Shown here piece after piece: positions 41,561 to 50,623 of a stretch of DNA of 64,000 nucleotides. Source of the DNA: Candidatus Marinacidobacterium sp. (GTDB lineage Bacteria; Acidobacteriota; Vicinamibacteria; Marinacidobacterales; Marinacidobacteraceae); the NCBI GenBank assembly GCA_965220965.1, contig OZ244852.1, positions 1,120,001 through 1,184,000 of the forward strand. Direction: 5' to 3'. A program made the translations under genes and the position numbers. The stretch's first letter is position 1; each line of letters starts with the position of its first letter. The notes under the pieces were generated by a model. That model saw only the letters and a list, made by a program, of their open reading frames with translations. It was not told the DNA's origin and did no database searches.

Positions 41561-42721
41561 TCAGTTGCCGCGGAGCGCGAACAGCGACCCGTCCTGGGTT
41601 CCGAAGGTGATGTACGACCCGGAGAGGGCGGGGGAGCCCATGATCGGGCCTCCGGCGAGGAACTCGGCCACCTTCTCCCCGGTGGCGAGATCGAGCACGT
41701 AGAGGCGGCCATCGGCGTTGCCGGCGTAGACCCGGTTCCCCGCCACCGCCGGAGAGGCGTCGAAGCGGGCCCGGCCGCGGAACGTCCAGCGCGCCTCGCC
41801 GGTCTCCCGGTCGAGCGCGTGAACGAGCTTGTCGCGGCCGGCCACGATGACCAGATCGTCCTTCACCGCCGCCGAGGCGTAGAAGGGAAAGCGACGCTCG
41901 GGGTGCTCGTAGCGCCACTTCAGGACGCCGGCCTTCGTGTCCACCGCGAGGATCTCGTTGTTGAACGTGCCGTAGTAGAGCGTTCCATCCACGATCGCCG
42001 GGGAGGCGGCGGTGTAGGCGCCGGAGTCGAAGCGGATGGCCTCGTGGCCGTCGCGGATCCGGACGCCCCGGAGGATCGCGTCGCAGCCGGTGATCCAGGC
42101 GAGGCCGTCCCCACGCGCCGGGGTGGCGTGGACCGGACCCTCGGTCTGGAGCGACCAGAGCTTCTCGCCGGTCCCGGCGTCGAGCGCGTAGAAGTGCTCG
42201 TCGTAGCTCCCCACGAGAACGACCCCGGCGTCCACCACCGGCGAGGCCTTGATCTCGGCGCCGGTGGCGAAGGTCCAGCGGGCTTTCCCGGACTCGGCGT
42301 CCACCGCATGGAGCACGCCGAGCAGATCCCCGACGAAGACGAGGCCATCGGCGACCGCGGGGGAGGACTCGCCGAAGAGGTCTTCCTCGAGGCCATCCGG
42401 TTCGGCGTCCTCCGCCCCCGGCTCGTAGCGCCAGAGCTCCGCCCCGGTGGCGAGATCCAGCTTCACGAGCAGCCCGGGAAGCGCCGTGGCGTAGACCGCG
42501 CCGTCGACGACGGCCGGTGACGAATCCACCGAGAAACCGAGCGGCACGCTCCAGACCAGCTCGAGGTCGTCCCCGGGCGCCACCGGGGCGATGCCGGTGA
42601 GCGCCGGGTCGCGGCGGAACTGGGGCCAGTCCTCCGCCCCCTGGGCGGACGCCAGCGCGGGTGGGAACGCGAGCCCCGCAAGAAGCGCGAGGCGGGACAG
42701 GGTCGAGAGGTTCAGGCGCAT
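41561..42721 (-). CDS. PQQ-binding-like (BamB-type) beta-propeller protein
   Basis: From ATG 42721: signal peptide, DWPQFRRD, repeated SSPAV/ASPVV and ALDAGTGEKLW blades. Confidence 0.88.
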   Translation of the reverse strand: MRLNLSTLSRLALLAGLAFPPALASAQGAEDWPQFRRDPALTGIAPVAPGDDLELVWSVPLGFSVDSSPAVVDGAVYATALPGLLVKLDLATGAELWRYEPGAEDAEPDGLEEDLFGESSPAVADGLVFVGDLLGVLHAVDAESGKARWTFATGAEIKASPVVDAGVVLVGSYDEHFYALDAGTGEKLWSLQTEGPVHATPARGDGLAWITGCDAILRGVRIRDGHEAIRFDSGAYTAASPAIVDGTLYYGTFNNEILAVDTKAGVLKWRYEHPERRFPFYASAAVKDDLVIVAGRDKLVHALDRETGEARWTFRGRARFDASPAVAGNRVYAGNADGRLYVLDLATGEKVAEFLAGGPIMGSPALSGSYITFGTQDGSLFALRGN

Positions 42722-43974
42722 GCGCGGTAGAGCTCCAGGGCGGCCTCGGCTTCGAACGGCCGCGGATTGAAACGCCCGGTCCACTCCTCGGCGGCCTCCC
42801 CCGCGAGCGCGGGGAGGTCGGGCCCGGCGACTCCGGCGGACGGGAGATCCCCCGGGAGCCCGGCGGCGCGGGTCCAGCCGCGAAGCAGCGCGGCGAGGCG
42901 GGCGCCGGGCGACTGACCCTCCGGCCGGATCTCCGCCGCTTCGAGGAGGCTGACGTAGGCGTCGTCCGCGGCGGCGGCGTTCCAGCGCACGACGCGGGGA
43001 AGCGTCACCGCGAGCGCCCGCCCGTGGACGACGCCGTGTCGCTTCGTCAGCGGGTTCGCGAGCGCGTGGGCAGCCCCCAGCATGGACCGCTCGATCGCCG
43101 CCCCGGCGAGGAAGGCCCCGCGCTGCATGGCGCTCCAGGCGGCGGCGTCGGCGCTTCCCGAGAGCACATCGGGAAAGGCGCTCGCGAGCAGGCCGAACGC
43201 CTCCCGGCTGAGCCTCCGGGAGGACTCGTCCGACCGGGTCGAGGCCGCGGTCTCGACCGCGTGGGCCACCGCGTCGAATCCGGTGGCCGCCACCACGCTC
43301 GCCGGAGCGGAGGGAAGGAGTTCCGGGTCGAGGCACACGCCCCGGAACATCGCCGAGGGGCTCCCGCAGGCGAGTTTCTGGTGGTCCCGGTCGCGCGAGA
43401 TCAGGGCGTAGGACTGCGCTTCGCTGCCGGTTCCGGCGGTCGTGGGAACGCCGAGCAGCGGGGGGAGGGGTTCGGGACACCGGTCGTAGCCCCGGTAGTC
43501 CTCCATGCGGCCGCCGCCCGCCAGCAGGAATCCGGCGGCCTTCGCCACGTCGAGCGAGCTGCCGCCGCCGACCCCCACGAGCGCATCGGCGCCGAAGGCG
43601 CGCGCCGCCTCCATCGCCCGGCCGGCGTCGGACTCGGTGGGGTTTTCTCCGAAGTCGCCGAAGAGCCGCGCCGCCACCCCGGCGGCCTCGAGGCTCGAGA
43701 TCGCCCGCTCCGCAATCCCGGCGGCCACGATTCCCGGGTCGGAGGTCACGAGCGCGCGCTCGAGCCCCATCGAGCGCGCCATCGGGCCGAGCGAGCGGAT
43801 CGCCCCCGCGCCCGACACGACCTCGGGCGACGGGCCGTCGGGGAGCCGCCAGTTAGCAGCCCGTTGACAAAGTCCCGCGGCGTTCGAGCGGCGATGCATC
43901 CCGCCCGAATCACGCCCCTCCGGGGCGCTCATCGTTGCGTTTCGCTCGGAATATTCCCGATATTCCTCGCTCAC
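42712..43974 (-). CDS. Iron-containing alcohol dehydrogenase (N-terminus contributed by the MITE; start uncertain)
   Basis: GVGGGSSLDVAK; VPTTAGTGSE; GFDAVAHAVE; LGAAHALANPL; HGRA. Confidence 0.87.
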   Translation of the reverse strand: MSEEYREYSERNATMSAPEGRDSGGMHRRSNAAGLCQRAANWRLPDGPSPEVVSGAGAIRSLGPMARSMGLERALVTSDPGIVAAGIAERAISSLEAAGVAARLFGDFGENPTESDAGRAMEAARAFGADALVGVGGGSSLDVAKAAGFLLAGGGRMEDYRGYDRCPEPLPPLLGVPTTAGTGSEAQSYALISRDRDHQKLACGSPSAMFRGVCLDPELLPSAPASVVAATGFDAVAHAVETAASTRSDESSRRLSREAFGLLASAFPDVLSGSADAAAWSAMQRGAFLAGAAIERSMLGAAHALANPLTKRHGVVHGRALAVTLPRVVRWNAAAADDAYVSLLEAAEIRPEGQSPGARLAALLRGWTRAAGLPGDLPSAGVAGPDLPALAGEAAEEWTGRFNPRPFEAEAALELYRACA

Positions 43975-44036
43975 GCGCCTTGTCGACCGGGCGCCTCACC
44001 GCTCTCGGCGCTGCACGCGACTTCGTCAACGAACTG
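43857..44036 (-). mobile_element. 180-bp MITE, copy 2 (inverted)
   Basis: Near-exact reverse complement of 24498-24677; TTAG on one flank only (43853-43856). Confidence 0.86.
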
Positions 44037-44079
44037 CTCCCCCGAACGTCGCCGGGATCGCTGGCGGCCGGAAGCCCGC

Positions 44080-45513
44080 TCAGGGCCCGGTCGCGCCCTG
44101 CTCGATGGCGAACAACTGGTTGCGGCTCGCGATGTAGAGGACGCCCCCCGACGGGACCACGCTCGAATACACGGAGCTGCCCATGTTCATCTCCGCGATG
44201 ACCTCCTCGGTCGGGCCGGGCCGCAGAACGACGATGTCACCATCCTCGTCCCCGAGGTAGAGCTTGTCGTCGGCGATCACCGGCGATCCCCAGACCGCCG
44301 CAAAGGTGTCATGGACCCACAGGGACTCCCCGGTCTCGATGTCCACCGCGTGGAGGAACCCGGAGAAGTCCGGCAGATAGAGGATCCCGTCCTTCACCGC
44401 GGCGGTGGAGATCGACCGGCGGATCGTGTCGTAATGCCAGAGGCGCCCCGACCAGGTGATGTCCCCGCGCTGGGTGGCGTCGATCGAGTAGAGGTGGCCG
44501 ACGCCCTCGCCGTGTTCGGGGTCCTGGCCGTTCGCGATGAACAGCCGGTTGCCGAGGATGACCGGGGTCGAGATCACGTTGTTCCGGGTGCGGGGCCAGG
44601 CCGAGTCCTCCGGGTTTGTGTCGAAGCTCCACAGGAGCTCGCCGGTCTCCGCCATGTAGCCGCGGACCCAGCCGTCCCCCTCGCCCATGACGACCTGGGT
44701 GACGCCGCCGATCTCGCCGACCCCGGCGGAGGACCACTGGCCGTGGAGGATCCGCTCCCCGACGTGGTTCGCTTCCCAGACGAGCTCTCCGGTGCGCTTG
44801 TCGAGCGCGATGATGGCCGGGGCCCGGGGCGAGGGGATCGTGATGTGCGTCTCGTCCTGCCCGTTCGAGGAGTTGATGAAAAGCAGGTTCCCCCACGACA
44901 CCGGACTCGAGTTCGACATGTTGTGCGGGAACGCGCCCACCTCTTCCATCATGTCGAACCGCCAGAGGATGTCGCCGTCAGTGGGCGACTGGAGCGCCTC
45001 GTCGGTGAACGGGCCGTCGTTGCCGTTCGCCATCCCGTGGACATCGAGCGCGAGGACCTCGCCCCGGTTCGTGACGTAGTAGAGGATGTCCCCCTCGACG
45101 AGCGGCGAGGAACAGACGCCCTGGTAGGGCCAGTCGTTCACCCGGCCGGCCGCCAGCTTGTCGGACACCATCTGCCAGAGGAACTCTCCGGTGGCGGCGT
45201 CGAAGGCCAGCAGGATCCCCTTGTCGCCCACGATCTCGGTGTCGTAGAGCGCCTCGTTGTTCGTGCCGACGAACACGCGCCCGCCGGCGACCACCGGGTT
45301 CCCGTAGGTCTGGGACCCGAGCGCCGCCACCCAGCGCACGTTCCGGCCCGACTGCACGTCCCATTCCGCCGGGAGTTCCTGGGCCACATCGGACACCATG
45401 TTGCGGTCGGGGGTTCCGCCCCACATCGGCCAGTCCTGGGCCACGGCCGGAGCGGCGAACGCCAGGATGCCGGTAACAAGAAGAAGCGCCGAAGCCTTGG
45501 CGGATCGGGTCAC
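44080..45513 (-). CDS. PQQ-binding-like beta-propeller protein
   Basis: RBS GAGGAG then GTG 45513; signal peptide; QDWPMWGGTPDRNMV; LGSQTYGNPVV. Confidence 0.87.
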   Translation of the reverse strand: MTRSAKASALLLVTGILAFAAPAVAQDWPMWGGTPDRNMVSDVAQELPAEWDVQSGRNVRWVAALGSQTYGNPVVAGGRVFVGTNNEALYDTEIVGDKGILLAFDAATGEFLWQMVSDKLAAGRVNDWPYQGVCSSPLVEGDILYYVTNRGEVLALDVHGMANGNDGPFTDEALQSPTDGDILWRFDMMEEVGAFPHNMSNSSPVSWGNLLFINSSNGQDETHITIPSPRAPAIIALDKRTGELVWEANHVGERILHGQWSSAGVGEIGGVTQVVMGEGDGWVRGYMAETGELLWSFDTNPEDSAWPRTRNNVISTPVILGNRLFIANGQDPEHGEGVGHLYSIDATQRGDITWSGRLWHYDTIRRSISTAAVKDGILYLPDFSGFLHAVDIETGESLWVHDTFAAVWGSPVIADDKLYLGDEDGDIVVLRPGPTEEVIAEMNMGSSVYSSVVPSGGVLYIASRNQLFAIEQGATGP

Positions 45514-45527
45514 GTTGGGGTTCCTCC

Positions 45528-47759
45528 TCACTCGCCGGGTGTCACGACGATGTTGTCGAAATAGATCTCGGACGTCACGGCGTCCGCGAAGACGCCGGGG
45601 GTTCCTTCCCGGTGGGGCAGCTCTTCGCGCCACTCCAGCGTCCATTCCTCGGGCTCGGGGTCCGAGCGAAGCCAGGCCTTGCCCCGGGCCAGGACCCCGT
45701 CGCCGTCCTCGACGACCTCGAACTTCATGGAGTACCAGGTGTCTTTCTCCCAGGCGAAGGGCATGGCGGTGGAGCGGCCGGGGGTGGCGTGCCAGGAGTG
45801 GATCTCGAGGCGCTGGTGATTCCCCATGAGGACGAACTGGTAGCGCTGGGCCACCAGGCCCACGTTGCCCAGCGAGCGGCGCCGCTCGGTGGCGAACACG
45901 TCCGCGGAGACCGTATAGCCGGTCATGTCGGGCGGGCCCATGTAGATCCGGGCGCGCCGCAGGAACGGGTTGTCCGCGGCCTTGATGAGAACCCGCTCGC
46001 CGGTGTCGAGCTCGCCGGTGCGGTACTTCCCGGCGGCGTTGACCCAGTGGGACGGAACCGCGGCGTCCTCGGCGTCGAAGTCCCAGCTCCAGGGCAGGGG
46101 CGGGACGACCCGGAAGCGGGCCGCTCCCTCGACGGTCCCGGTGGTCGCGGTGACGACTCCGGCGCCGGGGGATCCGCCGACCCGGAGCGTGGCTCCGCCG
46201 TCGGCCGGCTCGACTTCGGCTTCGAACCCGGCGACCGACCACGCGATGTCGGCGGGGAGCGCAGCCGGGTTGCCGCGCGCGTCGAACGCTGCGACCCGCA
46301 GCGCGAACTCGTCTCCCGGCGCCAGGATGTGCTCGGTCGGCGAGACGACCAGCCGGGCCGCTTCGCCGCCCATCGCGGGCGCCGGATCGGGCTCGGGATC
46401 GGGGCCGGGACGGCGCTCGCCGATCGCGTAGAGCCCCCCGCTGGACACGACGTAGACCACGCCGTCGCTCACCGCCGCCGAGGCGATGATCTCCTCGGGC
46501 GCCTCCTCGGTTCCGAGCAGGTCGCTGTCGAGGATCTCGACGCCGGAACGGCTCGGACGAAGGATGAAGAACCGCCCGTTCGCCGTCCCGACGTAGAGCT
46601 TGCCGTCAGCGAGGACCGGGGAGGCGCGCTGGATCGTGCCGAGGTTCTCGGACCACAGCAACTCACCGGCGTTGGCGGAAAACGCGCTCAGGTTCGCGCT
46701 GTTGTCGATCTGGTAGACGAGCTCCCCGTCGGTGACGCCGGAGGAGAAGCCGCCCATGAAGCCCTGCGCCTGCCAGCGGGCGGACTCATAGGCGATCTCT
46801 CCGGAAGAGGTCGCGTCGAGCGCGGCGAGCAGGCCCATCGTGGAGGAGGTCGTGTTCTCCTCGCCGTGGCTCACGATCGCGAGGTCGCCGATCACGACCG
46901 CTCCGCTGTTCACCCCGCGCTTGCTCATCGGGTAGTTCCAGACCGAGGCGCCGGTCGTGGGCTGGAGCGCGTGGAAAGCTCCGTCGCCGCCGCCCACGAG
47001 GAGGAGCGGCTGCCCCCCGATGGTGGCGATCTGCGCCGGGGAATACGTCGTGTCGAAGGGACGCCCGCCGGGCGCCGACATCCAGATCATCTCCCCGGTA
47101 CGCTTGTCGAAAGCGAAGAACCGCTGGCCGCCGCGGGCGTGGGCGCCCCATATCGAAGTCAGCGCGCTCACGATCACGTGGTCGCGGAACACCAGGGGCG
47201 AGGCGGTGCGGCCGCCGTGGGTCGAAACCAGTCCGATCTCCTCGGGGAGCGAGCGGGTCCAGCGCAGCGACCCGTCCTCGACGGAGAACGCGCTGAGCTG
47301 CCCCCCCACGGTCATCATGAACACCGAGCCGGTCTCGGCGTCCACCGCGGGCGCCGCCCAGCCCACCCGGCGCGGCGGGGCGTCCGAGTGGTAGATGTTC
47401 TGCCGGACTTCCCAGAGGACATCGCCGGTCCCGGCGTCGAGCGCCACCAGCCGTTCCTGTCGCGTCGCGCCTTCGCCGAATCCGTTCTGCGCGAACAGCC
47501 GGTCCCCGAGGACGACAGGGGTGGAGCGGCCGCCGAACGGGGCCCGGAAGAGGAGGTTCTCGCCGTCGGGCGACCACGACTCGGGGAATCCGACGCCGAC
47601 GGCGATCCCGTCGCGGGTCGGACCCCTGCGCTCCGGCCAGTCGGGAGCGGATGCTCCCGGCGCCCCGACTGCGGACCCCGAAATGGCGATCACCGCCACG
47701 ACTGCAAGCCAGCCGGACCGGCCAGCCAAGAGACTCTTTGAACCAGATTGAGCGCGCAT
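45528..47759 (-). CDS. PQQ-binding-like beta-propeller protein with C-terminal Ig-like and lectin-like domains
   Basis: From ATG 47759: DWPERRGPTRDG and propeller blades; C-terminal WYSMKFEV..GKAW..EPEEW..IYFDNIVV. Confidence 0.82.
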   Translation of the reverse strand: MRAQSGSKSLLAGRSGWLAVVAVIAISGSAVGAPGASAPDWPERRGPTRDGIAVGVGFPESWSPDGENLLFRAPFGGRSTPVVLGDRLFAQNGFGEGATRQERLVALDAGTGDVLWEVRQNIYHSDAPPRRVGWAAPAVDAETGSVFMMTVGGQLSAFSVEDGSLRWTRSLPEEIGLVSTHGGRTASPLVFRDHVIVSALTSIWGAHARGGQRFFAFDKRTGEMIWMSAPGGRPFDTTYSPAQIATIGGQPLLLVGGGDGAFHALQPTTGASVWNYPMSKRGVNSGAVVIGDLAIVSHGEENTTSSTMGLLAALDATSSGEIAYESARWQAQGFMGGFSSGVTDGELVYQIDNSANLSAFSANAGELLWSENLGTIQRASPVLADGKLYVGTANGRFFILRPSRSGVEILDSDLLGTEEAPEEIIASAAVSDGVVYVVSSGGLYAIGERRPGPDPEPDPAPAMGGEAARLVVSPTEHILAPGDEFALRVAAFDARGNPAALPADIAWSVAGFEAEVEPADGGATLRVGGSPGAGVVTATTGTVEGAARFRVVPPLPWSWDFDAEDAAVPSHWVNAAGKYRTGELDTGERVLIKAADNPFLRRARIYMGPPDMTGYTVSADVFATERRRSLGNVGLVAQRYQFVLMGNHQRLEIHSWHATPGRSTAMPFAWEKDTWYSMKFEVVEDGDGVLARGKAWLRSDPEPEEWTLEWREELPHREGTPGVFADAVTSEIYFDNIVVTPGE

Positions 47760-47837
47760 GCCGACAAGGAATTCTATGCCAGCGATTCCGGACCCCACGG
47801 GAGCGTCGGGCTGAGCGGGCACAATACGCAGCGGCCC

Positions 47838-49259
47838 GTGCGAATCCTCCTTGCAGCCCTGCTGCTCGCTCCCGTCGTCTCGCTGGCGGGCCCGCCCGCC
47901 GAAGGAACTCCGCCGCAGGCGCCGGCCGCGTCCGGGGCGACCCCGGCGGAGGCGGCGCACGGCGCCTGGCCCGGGTGGCGGGGACCGCGCGGCGACGGCG
48001 TCTCGGAGGCGACCGGACTCCCGGTGCGCTTCGATCCGGAAGCGAACGGCCTCTGGAAGATACGGCCTCCCGGCCGCGGGCACTCCTCGCCGATCGTCCA
48101 GGACGGCCGGATCTTCCTCTCCGCCTCGGTCGCGGGCGAGCCCGTCCCGGGCCACGGGCCGCCCGTCCACATGCGCGACGGCGCGGTCTATCTCCACCCG
48201 GGGAGCACCCACGGCGACCGCTCGCATCGACTCCTCGCGCTCGCCTACGACGCCAGGAGCGGCGAGGAGCTCTGGCGCCGGACGGTCCACGACGGGCCCG
48301 TCCACGACAACCGCCACCAGAGCAACACCTACGCCTCGCCCACCGCGGTGACCGACGGATCGCGCGTCTACTTCTGGTTCGGCTCGGAGGGCCTCTTTGC
48401 GTTCACACTGGACGGGGATCCGGTGTGGGAGGCGGACCTCGGCGACTTCGGCGTCTGGGGTCTCGGGCACGGCATCTCGCCCGTGCTCCACGGCGAGCAC
48501 ATCATCCTGGTCTGCGACGACGACGCCGGCGACGGGTCGGTGATCCTCGCGGTGGACCGCGGAACCGGCGAGGTGGCGTGGACGACGCCCCGCCGGGTGC
48601 GCAAGAGCTGGGCGACGCCGGCGCTCATCCCGGTGGGTGACGGGGTCCAGCTCTTCGTGCCGAGCTACAACCTGGTGGCCGGCTACGACCCGGAGACCGG
48701 CGCCGAGCTGTGGCGGAGCGAGGGGTTCGACTCGAACCTCGTCCACACCCCCGTCCATCAGGCGTTCGGCGACGGACGCCTGGTCTTCGCCTCGACCGGC
48801 TACCCGAGGAAGGAGATGCGGGCGCTCGAGATCCTCCCCGACGCGCCGCCCCGCATCCGCTGGCGCCACGAACGCGGGACCGGGTACCTGCCTTCGGCGC
48901 TCCTCTACCAGAACATCCTGTTCTTCCTCTCGGACGGCGGCGTCATCACCGCGCTGAACCCCGACGACGGGTCGGTCCACTTCCAGGCGCGCCCCCCGCA
49001 GCCGGGGCGCTACCACGCTTCGCCGCTGGGGTACGAGGGACAGGTGCTCATCGCCAGCCTCGAAGGGGATCTGACGGTGTTCCGAGCCGCGCCCGAGTTC
49101 GGGATCGTCGCCACCAGTTCGCTGCCGGAGGCGGTCTGGGCCTCGCCCGCCGTCTCCGGGAACACGATGTTCCTGCGCACCGTCGACCACCTCTACGCCT
49201 TCCGCGAGGCCGGGGAGGCGACCACCGCCGCCGCGCGGCCGCGAGGAGAGCCCCGATGA
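47838..49259 (+). CDS. PQQ-binding-like beta-propeller protein
   Basis: WPGWRGPRGDG; PGRGHSSPIV; NTYASPTAVTDG; SWATP. Start at GTG 47838 assumed. Confidence 0.86.
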   Translation: MRILLAALLLAPVVSLAGPPAEGTPPQAPAASGATPAEAAHGAWPGWRGPRGDGVSEATGLPVRFDPEANGLWKIRPPGRGHSSPIVQDGRIFLSASVAGEPVPGHGPPVHMRDGAVYLHPGSTHGDRSHRLLALAYDARSGEELWRRTVHDGPVHDNRHQSNTYASPTAVTDGSRVYFWFGSEGLFAFTLDGDPVWEADLGDFGVWGLGHGISPVLHGEHIILVCDDDAGDGSVILAVDRGTGEVAWTTPRRVRKSWATPALIPVGDGVQLFVPSYNLVAGYDPETGAELWRSEGFDSNLVHTPVHQAFGDGRLVFASTGYPRKEMRALEILPDAPPRIRWRHERGTGYLPSALLYQNILFFLSDGGVITALNPDDGSVHFQARPPQPGRYHASPLGYEGQVLIASLEGDLTVFRAAPEFGIVATSSLPEAVWASPAVSGNTMFLRTVDHLYAFREAGEATTAAARPRGEPR

Positions 49260-50608
49260 AGCAGCGACGCCACCTCTACGGCGCCTGCGCGGCGTTGCTG
49301 ATCGCCGCCAGCGCCGGCGCCCAGGCCGAATGGCCGCAGTGGCGCGGCCCGGGCGGCGCCGGAAGGGCGGATTCGACCGCCCCCAGCCGCTGGGGACCGG
49401 AGGAGAACGTCCTCTGGCGGACGCCCCTCGAGGGCCGGGGCCATTCCTCGCCGATCGTGGTGGGCGACCTGCTCTTCGTGACCTCGGCGGTCGCCGGGGA
49501 TCCGGCGCCCGACAACCGGGCCATCGTCCACTTCCTCGGCGGGGAGGAGTTCCTCCACCCGGACAGCATGGGCGCCGACCAACGGATCGATGTCCTGCTG
49601 CTCGCGCTGGAGCGGGAGAGCGGCGCGGTGCGCTGGAGGCGGGTCGCGCGCTCCGGCGCGCTGCCCTACGACAACCGCCACCGGGTGAGTTCCTACGCGA
49701 ACCCCACGCCGGTGAGCGACGGCGAGCGCGTCATCGTGTGGTTCGGGACCCACGGGCTCCACGCCTTCGACCTCGGGGGCGAGCCGGTCTGGGAGCGGGA
49801 CTTCGGCGGCGTGGGGACCGTGGGGATGGGCGTCGGCGTCTCGCCGGTCCTCGTGGAAGGGCTCGGCCTCGTGGTCATCCAGAACGATGTCGAGCAGGGG
49901 GAGGGCTCGTTCCTGCTGGCCGTCGACACCGCCTCGGGCGACGTGCGCTGGCGGGTGGACCGGGGCGAGCGGGTCGGCTGGGCCACCCCGGTCGTCGCGA
50001 CCGCTTCCGACGGAGCGCCCGTCGTCGTGACCGTCGGCACGACGACGAACCAGGGCTACGACGCCTCAACCGGAGCCCTTCTCTGGGAGTCCGACGGCCT
50101 CGGCGGCAATGCGGTGCCGAGCCCGGTTCCCTCGGGCGAGGGCGTGGTGTTCGCCGCGACCGGCTACCCCCGAAAGCGCGTCGTCGCGCTCGATGTCTCG
50201 GACGGGAAGGAGCTGTGGGAGTACCGGAAGGGGCAGGGGTACGTCCCGTCGCCCGCCTACCACCGGGGCCTGCTCTACCTGGTGAGCGACGGCGGGATCC
50301 TGACCGCGCTCGACGGCGCAACCGGCGAGATCGTCTACGAGGGTGGGCGCATGCCGCTGCCGTCGAGGTTCTTTTCCTCCCCGGTCATCGCCGGGGAGCG
50401 TCTCTATCTGACCAGCGAGGACGGCGACACCCACGTCATCCGAACCGGCCCGCGATTCCAGGTGCTCGCCACGAACAGCCTGGACGAGCCGGTCATGGCC
50501 TCGCCGGTCGTCGTGGACGGCGCGATGTATCTGCGAGGGGTGGAGTCGCTCTACGCGATCGCCCCCGACCCCGACTTCGGCGCGGGAGACCCGCCGGGGA
50601 TCCGCTGA
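49256..50608 (+). CDS. PQQ-binding-like beta-propeller protein
   Basis: From ATG 49256: EWPQWRGPGGAG; GRGHSSPIV; YANPTPVSDG; YVPSP. Confidence 0.87.
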   Translation: MKQRRHLYGACAALLIAASAGAQAEWPQWRGPGGAGRADSTAPSRWGPEENVLWRTPLEGRGHSSPIVVGDLLFVTSAVAGDPAPDNRAIVHFLGGEEFLHPDSMGADQRIDVLLLALERESGAVRWRRVARSGALPYDNRHRVSSYANPTPVSDGERVIVWFGTHGLHAFDLGGEPVWERDFGGVGTVGMGVGVSPVLVEGLGLVVIQNDVEQGEGSFLLAVDTASGDVRWRVDRGERVGWATPVVATASDGAPVVVTVGTTTNQGYDASTGALLWESDGLGGNAVPSPVPSGEGVVFAATGYPRKRVVALDVSDGKELWEYRKGQGYVPSPAYHRGLLYLVSDGGILTALDGATGEIVYEGGRMPLPSRFFSSPVIAGERLYLTSEDGDTHVIRTGPRFQVLATNSLDEPVMASPVVVDGAMYLRGVESLYAIAPDPDFGAGDPPGIR

Positions 50609-50623
50609 CGGCGGAGGGACTTC

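Noticed and set aside
47760-49190. N-terminal part of the 1220-aa minus-strand ORF 45528-49190
   Set aside because: Antisense shadow of the + strand propeller gene; the signal peptide begins near 47759.
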